A stretch of DNA of 52,680 nt from Terrimicrobiaceae bacterium (GTDB taxonomy: Bacteria; Verrucomicrobiota; Verrucomicrobiia; Chthoniobacterales; Terrimicrobiaceae): the NCBI GenBank assembly GCA_041752695.1, contig JBGSVZ010000100.1, positions 1-52,680 of the forward strand. Reading direction: 5' to 3'. The notes beneath the pieces are model-generated. The model was given only the letters and a program-made list of their open reading frames with translations, searched no databases and was not told where the DNA came from. This document shows positions 45,903 to 52,680 of this stretch, piece by piece. A program made the position numbers and the translations under genes. Numbering within the stretch: position 1 is the stretch's first letter; each line of letters opens with the position of its first letter.

Positions 45903-45917
45903 GTGCATAAAAGTGCA
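45903..45917. promoter_or_regulatory. Putative operator GTGCATAAAAGTGCA
   Basis: Motif copy 25 bp before ATG 45943. Confidence 0.75.
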
Positions 45918-45942
45918 TATTCAAATTTTCCCCTTAAAAATT

Positions 45943-46602
45943 ATGAAACTCCCTCTCGCTCTGGCCGCTGCATTGGCTCTCTTCGTCCCGGCAGCTCAGG
46001 CTGCTGTCATCACCCTCCAATTGGATTTTGGATCGGCCACCTCTCCCGTGGCCACCGGATACACGGCTGTGGTCGGAAATTTTCTTTCCAATACGCCGAC
46101 TGCATCCGTGACCGATATTGATGGCACAGGTTATAATTTCAGTGTCAACAACGTCGGTGTTTTCAGCTTTGACAACGTGACGGACCCCCTGATCACGGAT
46201 GGATTTTATACCTTTGGCAACGATACCTTGGACCACACTTTTACCATCAGTGGTTTGGCTCCGGGCGATGAGGTGGCCATCTATGCGTTGGCGGCCTGGG
46301 ATGGCAATGGGCGGGGCGCGCAGATTGTCTACGACGGATCGACGGTTCAGGCTCAGACGTTTGGAACACCTGGCACCACTCCCACCTTGGCAAACTTCAC
46401 CTTTATTGGCTCCGACGTCGCTAATGGCAGTGGCATTGTCACAGGCAGTCTGAATGGAGCAGGTTTTCCGGGCATTCCGGCTTCAGAGGGGCAGGTGGGC
46501 GGTTTTGTCATTCAAGTGACGACGGTCCCAGAGCCAACGACGGCTTTGTTGGTAGGGGCGGGTTTTGGCGCAGTGGTGTTGCTCCGTCGCCGCCGCCTTT
46601 AA
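45943..46602 (+). CDS. PEP-CTERM surface protein with unnamed beta-rich domain
   Basis: Signal peptide MKLPLALAAAL...AQA. C-terminus VPEPTT + TM + RRRR. Confidence 0.85.
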   Translation: MKLPLALAAALALFVPAAQAAVITLQLDFGSATSPVATGYTAVVGNFLSNTPTASVTDIDGTGYNFSVNNVGVFSFDNVTDPLITDGFYTFGNDTLDHTFTISGLAPGDEVAIYALAAWDGNGRGAQIVYDGSTVQAQTFGTPGTTPTLANFTFIGSDVANGSGIVTGSLNGAGFPGIPASEGQVGGFVIQVTTVPEPTTALLVGAGFGAVVLLRRRRL

Positions 46603-47241
46603 ATGGTGAGGATCCGAAACCTCGCAGGCAAGGCTCGGTGGTTGGCCTTGCTTTTGAGTTTGTGCCTCGCAGGCACGGTGTCGGCGGCTTCCACCACCTA
46701 TCAAATCGATTTCGGCCCGGGCAACAGTCCCGTGGCGGATGAGTTTGAGGCGGGGGAACTGCCAACCCTGGAACCGGTGACCTCTCCGTCTTTTGGCCTC
46801 TCCCCGGTGGGGGGCGGCAAACCGCTCGAGATTACCTTTAAGGGTGACGTGAGTGGGTACAGTTTGGGCGATGAAGCGAAGCCGCTGACGACTGACGGCA
46901 TATTTACGGTGGGCAGCAAACATGAGGAGCCGACCGAAATTCCGTTTACGGTCAGCGGTCTGCCCCCCGGGGGTAAGGTGACTTTCTCCGCCATCGAGGC
47001 CTGGAATGGCCGGGGTCGCGCTGCGTTTCTCTCGCTGGGCGAGTCGGGGATCGTGGATCTGGCCGGGCCCGAGATTGCGGAGGGTGATATGGCCCCGCCG
47101 CTGGAATTCATCGTGGTGGGAGAAAATCTCATCGTTCCCGCCTCAGGCACCCTGGAAGGCGTGTTTGCCAACACAGACGGCACAAATTTTCGCCCCGAAG
47201 GGCAATGTGGTGCGTTTCGTTTTGTGGTGGAAACACCGTGA
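46603..47241 (+). CDS. Secreted paralog of the preceding PEP-CTERM domain, without the anchor
   Basis: Shares QxDFG...SPVA, PLxTDG, FTxSGL.PG, AWxGxGRxA and EGQxGxF with 45943-46602. Confidence 0.8.
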   Translation: MVRIRNLAGKARWLALLLSLCLAGTVSAASTTYQIDFGPGNSPVADEFEAGELPTLEPVTSPSFGLSPVGGGKPLEITFKGDVSGYSLGDEAKPLTTDGIFTVGSKHEEPTEIPFTVSGLPPGGKVTFSAIEAWNGRGRAAFLSLGESGIVDLAGPEIAEGDMAPPLEFIVVGENLIVPASGTLEGVFANTDGTNFRPEGQCGAFRFVVETP

Positions 47242-47281
47242 GGCAGGCGAAGGCGGGGAATTTCACCGCGGATGGCACAGC

Positions 47282-47321
47282 CGAGCGAAGCGAGACAGCC
47301 TGCCGCAGGCAGCCCGGAGGG
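47282..47321 (+). repeat. Dispersed 40-bp palindromic repeat, copy 2
   Basis: 34/40 identical to the reverse complement of 1222-1261. Confidence 0.75.
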
Positions 47322-47362
47322 TGAATGAAGTGAAGCAAATGAGCGCGGATAGAAGAGAGGAC

Positions 47363-50317
47363 ATGATGGGGAAGGTCAATATTAGGGTGTCGCGGTGTCT
47401 TCCGAATTGGGCTTCGGTTCCTGGACTATCTGCGCCCGTAATCTGCAGTATCTTTTTCGGTCTTCTTCTGTTTCCAACGCTCTCGGCCCAGGAGGCCGTT
47501 TCCGCCGGGGCGGGTTCTTATGCAGCGTTTCCGCCGGCGCATGAAGATGAAAAGCGGAACGGCGCAAAGGTTGCGGAAATGGCCACGCGGCCACTCTATT
47601 TGGATGCCTCCATGGAGGGCGAACCCATCCCGACGAATCAGTGGTGGACGAACCTGCTCATCGATCGATACTCCGGCACGCTTTGGGCCTACCCGGTCGC
47701 GGGAGCCCTGTTTTCCGGCGGGGTGAAGGTCTATCTGCCTAATACCTGGAATGAAAAGGGCACCGACATGCAGACGGGTCCGGCGCTGGAGGTTCTGGGG
47801 GATCCCGGCGGTGCGGCGGGTCGGGCGGATCTCGTGCTGGCGGATTTTGAGGGGGAGTCTTATCCCGAAGGATGGGCGGCCCATGGCGCCTTCGGCGAGG
47901 GCCCTGCCCGGGGAAAATTTCCCAATCAGACCCCAATCGACGGGTATCAGGGCAAGGGGCTGGTGAATTCGTTTCTCCCGGACGATTCCGGGGAGGGGAC
48001 CTTGGAGTCGGGGGAGTTTCCAATTAGTCGCAAATTCCTGAATTTCCTGATCGCGGGCGGCAAGCAGCCGACCGACTTGTACATTCGCCTCTTGGTGGAT
48101 GGCAACGAAGTGCGGCGTTCCACCGCGCGGAACAGCGAGGGGCTGAAATGGGATTCATGGGATGTTTCGCAATTTGCGGGCAAAACGGGCAAGCTGGAAA
48201 TCGCCGATCTCACGCGGGGCGGGTGGGGGCATATTAGCGTGGATCAGATCACCCTTTCGGATCATAAGCCGGCAGCCGATGGAGGCGGCAGCTCCGCAGG
48301 GTTCGTTGCCGAAGATGCGAGGGCTCTGCGCTGGAGCGACTGGATGGTGCAGGCTCGGTTAAAGTCGGCAGCGGGAGCAACAATGGAGGCTACATTTGTG
48401 CGCGGGATGCCTTATGTCTGGATTGAGTGTGCTGGGGTCCAGCCGGTGCTGAAGCTTCCGGCGGACGCGAGTGTGCAGACGCTGGACGGCGGGGCGGCGC
48501 CGATGATTGGGCAGGCGAATGCACTGCTTCTTGAATTCGGAGATCGGCGGTTCGCAGTCTTTATGCCGGAGGGCACGGCGTTTAAGCGTGAGGAGGAGAT
48601 GGTGCGCCTGACGCTGCCGGAAGGCCGAAAATACGTAGTCGTGGGAGCGGCGACCGGCGCGATTCCTCTCGATGTCCTGGCGCGCCACGCTCGGATGATT
48701 CCCCGCTCCACGGAGTACACCTGGAAATGTGAAGCCTCGAAGGGCGAGGTAACGACATTGTGGAAAGTCGCAGGCGAGGCGCTGGACGGTAAGGCCGTAC
48801 CGTTTTTGCAGGGATGGATTCCCCACCATTACCGCCAGACGACGAATGATCTGAAGATGGTGGAAAAGATGGAGTTCCCCACGCCGCGCGGACTACTGCG
48901 TTGCGCGACGGGGACGGAGTTTTCGCTCACCTTTCCTTTCGACGGCCTCGTGCCGAACCCGCCGCTGCCCGCGGCGCAAAGCGGATGGGATGCTCGACGC
49001 ATGGGGTATTATCTTAATGCCCAAGCCGCAAAGGAGAATTACGGAGGCGATACGTACTGGGGGGGCAAGGACATCATGCGTTACGGGCAGAATCTGGTCA
49101 TCGCGGCGGAAGTGAAGGATCCTTCTTTCGATGCCCTGAAGGCGCGCTTGCGGGGCGCGCTGGAGGATTGGTTCACGTACACACCGGGTGAAAAGGAGCA
49201 TTATTTTGCGCACTATGATCGGTGGAAGGCGTTGGTGGGTTTTAACGACAGCTACGGGTCGTTCCAGTTCACGGACAATCATTTTCACTACGGCTACTTC
49301 ACCACGGCGGCAGCGTATTTGGGGATGTTTGATGCGGATTTCGCCAAAAGCTTCCGTCCAATGCTGGAGATGGTTGCGAAGCAATACGCCAACTGGGACC
49401 GGGCGGACAAACGTTTCCCGCGCCTGCGCACGTTTGACGTGTGGGCCGGACATTCTTATGCGGGGGGTTTCGGCAGCCCGGGCGGAAACAATCAGGAATC
49501 GAGCTCGGAAGCGATGCAATCGTGGGGTGGGCTCTTTTTGCTCGGTGCGGTGTTGGGCGACGATGCCATGCGTGACGTCGGGGCGATGGGCTGGGCGGTC
49601 GAACGCACGGCTACGATGACCTATTGGTTCAACTACGACGCGTGGAAGAACGGCCCGGCTGAAAGTGTTTTTCCGTTGGCTTATGGACATTCGGTCGTGG
49701 GCATTTTGTTTAATGGAGGCCAGGCCTTTGCGACCTATTTCAGCGGCGATCCTGGCTGGATCTACGGCATCCAATGGCTGCCCGTTTCTCCTTTTCTGGA
49801 ATACCTGGCCTTCGATGGGGACTTTGCGCGATGGCAGGATGAGCAGATGATGGCCTCCCGCCAGGCGTGGCTGGACAAGGAAAATCCGAAACGCGCAGCC
49901 GAGGCCGCGTCGAAGAACCGGGAATTTAAGGAAGAGACTAACACTATCGAAGGCATGGGAGCCGCCCTGGGCAATGTCATCCTCGGCTACCGGGCACTGA
50001 CGGACCCCGCCTCTGCCCTGCGGGAATCCAACGCCTTCTGGCAACGGAATCACGAGATTGCCAAAGAGGTGTCTCAGGCCGGGCTCGTGTATTATTATGC
50101 GACAGCCTATAACGCTTTGGGCTCGCGGCTGCCGGGGACACACGGTTCGATACCGACGTCCGCGGTTTATTTCAACAAGGCCTCCGGCAAAAAAACGTAT
50201 GTGGCGTATAATCCGTCGGAGTCACCCGTGAATGTCTTCTTCTCGGAAGACGGCAAATCCGCCGGAAGTTTGCAAGTTCCTGCGCGGGGGACGGTGTCGT
50301 CCACGAAGCTGGATTAA
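47363..50317 (+). CDS. GH81 endo-beta-1,3-glucanase with an inserted CBM38-like module
   Basis: Motifs PIPTNQWW, FTDNHFHYGYF, FDVWAGHSYA, NQESSSEA and GIQWLP. Start placed at ATG 47363, after AGAGAGG. Confidence 0.88.
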   Translation: MMGKVNIRVSRCLPNWASVPGLSAPVICSIFFGLLLFPTLSAQEAVSAGAGSYAAFPPAHEDEKRNGAKVAEMATRPLYLDASMEGEPIPTNQWWTNLLIDRYSGTLWAYPVAGALFSGGVKVYLPNTWNEKGTDMQTGPALEVLGDPGGAAGRADLVLADFEGESYPEGWAAHGAFGEGPARGKFPNQTPIDGYQGKGLVNSFLPDDSGEGTLESGEFPISRKFLNFLIAGGKQPTDLYIRLLVDGNEVRRSTARNSEGLKWDSWDVSQFAGKTGKLEIADLTRGGWGHISVDQITLSDHKPAADGGGSSAGFVAEDARALRWSDWMVQARLKSAAGATMEATFVRGMPYVWIECAGVQPVLKLPADASVQTLDGGAAPMIGQANALLLEFGDRRFAVFMPEGTAFKREEEMVRLTLPEGRKYVVVGAATGAIPLDVLARHARMIPRSTEYTWKCEASKGEVTTLWKVAGEALDGKAVPFLQGWIPHHYRQTTNDLKMVEKMEFPTPRGLLRCATGTEFSLTFPFDGLVPNPPLPAAQSGWDARRMGYYLNAQAAKENYGGDTYWGGKDIMRYGQNLVIAAEVKDPSFDALKARLRGALEDWFTYTPGEKEHYFAHYDRWKALVGFNDSYGSFQFTDNHFHYGYFTTAAAYLGMFDADFAKSFRPMLEMVAKQYANWDRADKRFPRLRTFDVWAGHSYAGGFGSPGGNNQESSSEAMQSWGGLFLLGAVLGDDAMRDVGAMGWAVERTATMTYWFNYDAWKNGPAESVFPLAYGHSVVGILFNGGQAFATYFSGDPGWIYGIQWLPVSPFLEYLAFDGDFARWQDEQMMASRQAWLDKENPKRAAEAASKNREFKEETNTIEGMGAALGNVILGYRALTDPASALRESNAFWQRNHEIAKEVSQAGLVYYYATAYNALGSRLPGTHGSIPTSAVYFNKASGKKTYVAYNPSESPVNVFFSEDGKSAGSLQVPARGTVSSTKLD

Positions 50318-50376
50318 ATCGCAAACGGGGGTAGGGTGTTCCCGTCTCCTCCGGGCCTTTCCCCCAATTCTCCGTC

Positions 50377-51315
50377 ATGAAGAAAATCCGGTTTTCGCAA
50401 AAATTCCCCCGGTCGCATCTGTCCGGCCTGATGAGCGGCCTTTTCCGCCTCGTGGTACTTAGCGTGGTCCAGTGCCCCATCTTTATCCATGCCCAGCAGG
50501 AAGTCTTGGTTGCGGAGGCTGTTCCGGTGGGCATGGTGGGGCATTCGCTAATCAACCATACCATTCCCTGGATGCTCGAGCAGATCTCCTTGGACAAAGG
50601 AAAGCCCCTTGAGGTTTTCGAGCAGATCATCAATGGCTCACCCCTGAGCCATAATTGGAAAAATCACCAGTCCGCGGAGGTCAGCGAGAATGGAGACTAT
50701 GGCGATCTTCACACGGAGCTTGCTCGAAGAAAGGCGGGATTTCCGCATGTCATTCTCACCGAGCGGGTGGCCATCGGGGAGTGTATCCAATGGGAGGACA
50801 CTTTGGGAAATCTCATTAAATGGCGCAACCGCGCCCTCGAATTCAACCCCGCCGCGCAGGTGTATTTTTACAGCACCTGGGTGGGTTTCAAGGAAGGTCA
50901 GTGGTGGCCGGACATTCCGGATGATGTCACTTGGCGAAAACGCACCTTGGCTGACGGCCGACTTTTCGAGGAGACTGCGACCAAGGCCACCCTGGACCCC
51001 CGTTCAACCGAGGGGAAACCGATTCGTATCGTCCCGGGGCATCGTGCGATGGCTTTGTTGTTCGACGAACTTCAGGCCGGAAAACTCCCCTGGCTGGGAA
51101 AAAATATCCGCGCCGTCTTTGCGGACGGAATTCATCTCAATTCGACCGGCCACTATTATATCGCCTGCGTGATGTATGGCGCGATTCTTAAGGAGTCTCC
51201 GGAAGGCGCAACCGGTCGGATCAAGGGACGGTATGGCGACCTGCTGACGGATCTCAGCTCCGATCAGGCTCAGGCCCTTCAGCGTCTTGCCTGGAAAGCT
51301 GTCAGCGAACCGTAA
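50377..51315 (+). CDS. SGNH/GDSL-like hydrolase fold protein
   Basis: Block I-like VGHSL and block V DGIHLN, with a signal-like N-terminus. Confidence 0.6.
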   Translation: MKKIRFSQKFPRSHLSGLMSGLFRLVVLSVVQCPIFIHAQQEVLVAEAVPVGMVGHSLINHTIPWMLEQISLDKGKPLEVFEQIINGSPLSHNWKNHQSAEVSENGDYGDLHTELARRKAGFPHVILTERVAIGECIQWEDTLGNLIKWRNRALEFNPAAQVYFYSTWVGFKEGQWWPDIPDDVTWRKRTLADGRLFEETATKATLDPRSTEGKPIRIVPGHRAMALLFDELQAGKLPWLGKNIRAVFADGIHLNSTGHYYIACVMYGAILKESPEGATGRIKGRYGDLLTDLSSDQAQALQRLAWKAVSEP

Positions 51316-51352
51316 CCGGGAAAACGAACGCCCCGACTGTCGGCTTGGGAAC

Positions 51353-52678
51353 TTATTCAAACCGCACCGCCAGGGCGGGGCGGATGCCCGCAGCGCGCCA
51401 GGCCGGAAAGAGGGCCGCGATCAACACGGCGGGAATGAGCCAGAGCGGCGTGGCCGCCAGCACGGGCACCGGGAAGGTGAGTTCGATTGTCCAGCCAAAG
51501 AAGGCTTTGTTGATCACTCCGGTGAGGACCACGGAAAGCGCGCTGCCGGAGACGAGTCCGCTCAGGCTCGCGGTAATTCCCAGCAGGACGGCCTCCGTGA
51601 GAAAAATGCCCACCACTTGCGGCCGCGACGCCCCGAGGGAACGCAGGACGCCGATTTCCCGCTCCCGCTCAATCACCAGCACGCTGAAGGAAAAAAGAAC
51701 CCCCGCCACCGCCACGATGATGGCAATGACCCGGAGAATGGAGGTCACGGCAAAGGTCTGGTCGAAAATCTCGAAGACCCGTGCGCGCAGGGACGCGTTG
51801 TTGTAGATGACAAATTGCCCTTCGTTCCCAAACTGTTTCCGAAAGGCCTCCGTGACGGATTCCCCGTCGGCACCGGGAGAGAGGTGGAGTGCGAGGGAGT
51901 GGATGCGTTCATCCTGTGGCCAGTGTTGGCGAAAAAGGCCGCGGTCCATCATCACTGCGCCACTGTCCCTGGTGAAATCGCGATACACCCCGCAGATTGC
52001 AAAAATCTTTTCGCCGGATGGGGTGGCGAGGGGAATCTGGTCCCCGCTCCCGACCCCAAACCGGGTGGAAAAACTTTCCGAGACGGCCACCGCCTGACCG
52101 GACTCGAAGAGGGCGAGTGCGTTGGGGGCGGATCCCTCCAGGAACTCCACATCGCCCCGTCCTTTCCCATCAATGACCGTGAGTGCGGTCGGGGCCTCGC
52201 GGAAGCGCACGGGAAGTTCCCGGAACGTTGCGATCCGGGCCACGCCGGGAAGTTGGGCGGCTCCCGCTGCGGCGGTGTCCGGCAGAAAGGCCTGCAGGCC
52301 CACGATGTCGTTGGCCGCGGGCGCAATGTAGAGATCGGCGACGAGGGTGTGTTCGATCCAGCGCTGCACGCTGGCGCGAAAGGAATGGATCATCACTGTG
52401 ACGCTGATGGTCATGGCCACGGCAGCCCCCAGAGCGGCGACGGTCACCGTGTTGCGATGCAGGGAGCGCACCAGATGGTCCGAGGCCAGCATGGCCAGCC
52501 GGCCGCAGCCGCGAAAACACCGAGCCACCGCGGCGGTGAGCCAGGGGACCAGGAGGGAAAATCCGCCCAGCACAGCGCCCGCAGCGGCGAAGCCGAGAAG
52601 CTTGGAGCCGCCGTGCGGCGTCCAGAAACTCAGGGCGACACTGGCGGCCAGCAGAACGAAGGCACCCGCGAGTCCGGT
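51353..52678 (-). CDS. FtsX/MacB-like ABC transporter permease, partial (continues beyond window)
   Basis: Frame is open to the window edge. Motifs ERxREIGVLRSLGAS, EAVLLG and LFPAWRAA. Confidence 0.85.
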   Translation of the reverse strand, partial: TGLAGAFVLLAASVALSFWTPHGGSKLLGFAAAGAVLGGFSLLVPWLTAAVARCFRGCGRLAMLASDHLVRSLHRNTVTVAALGAAVAMTISVTVMIHSFRASVQRWIEHTLVADLYIAPAANDIVGLQAFLPDTAAAGAAQLPGVARIATFRELPVRFREAPTALTVIDGKGRGDVEFLEGSAPNALALFESGQAVAVSESFSTRFGVGSGDQIPLATPSGEKIFAICGVYRDFTRDSGAVMMDRGLFRQHWPQDERIHSLALHLSPGADGESVTEAFRKQFGNEGQFVIYNNASLRARVFEIFDQTFAVTSILRVIAIIVAVAGVLFSFSVLVIEREREIGVLRSLGASRPQVVGIFLTEAVLLGITASLSGLVSGSALSVVLTGVINKAFFGWTIELTFPVPVLAATPLWLIPAVLIAALFPAWRAAGIRPALAVRFE

Positions 52679-52680
52679 CC

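Noticed and set aside
31714..45917. Repeated 15-mer considered as a CRISPR repeat or recombination site (one copy is inverted, which could suggest an invertible segment)
   Set aside because: Spacing is irregular and kb-scale, no cas or recombinase gene is in the window, and every copy is in a promoter region; an operator fits better.
47006..47362. N-terminal extension of the GH81 ORF
   Set aside because: Overlaps the upstream gene and a dispersed repeat; the RBS and signal-like segment favour ATG 47363.

Overview
GC-rich bacterial chromosomal window. PEP-CTERM proteins, a four-gene pilin-like cassette and Hanks-type kinases point to Verrucomicrobiota, probably Chthoniobacterales-like (inference). 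The left half (1-27.6 kb) is mostly housekeeping: DUF58, aspC, a two-domain ndk, prmA, Xaa-Pro peptidase, thiD, zwf-opcA, OsmC, purB and a polysaccharide deacetylase. It also carries a small islet (DUF3494 ice-binding PEP-CTERM protein plus a sensor-less two-component system) and a 1265-aa degenerate cyclase/Ser-Thr kinase/TM/LRR fusion. The right half (27.6-51.3 kb) is a ~24 kb beta-1,3(1,6)-glucan utilisation locus: two clan GH-A hydrolases, GH30, GH128-CBM6, GH81, an SGNH-like protein, a sugar ABC transporter and a LacI regulator. No SusC/SusD or TonB-dependent receptor is visible. Instead a type IV minor-pilin-like cassette (Verru_Chthon D-B-C-A-like) and PEP-CTERM surface proteins sit in its middle. 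A 15-bp motif GTGCATAAAA(G/T)TGCA occurs six times, in the upstream regions of the locus including the pilin cassette, which suggests one regulon linking a pilus-like structure to glucan catabolism. Several small dispersed palindromic repeat families are present, one of them inside a prepilin leader. No rRNA, tRNA, CRISPR array or transposase was recognised. All family calls come from motif recognition by eye, not database searches.
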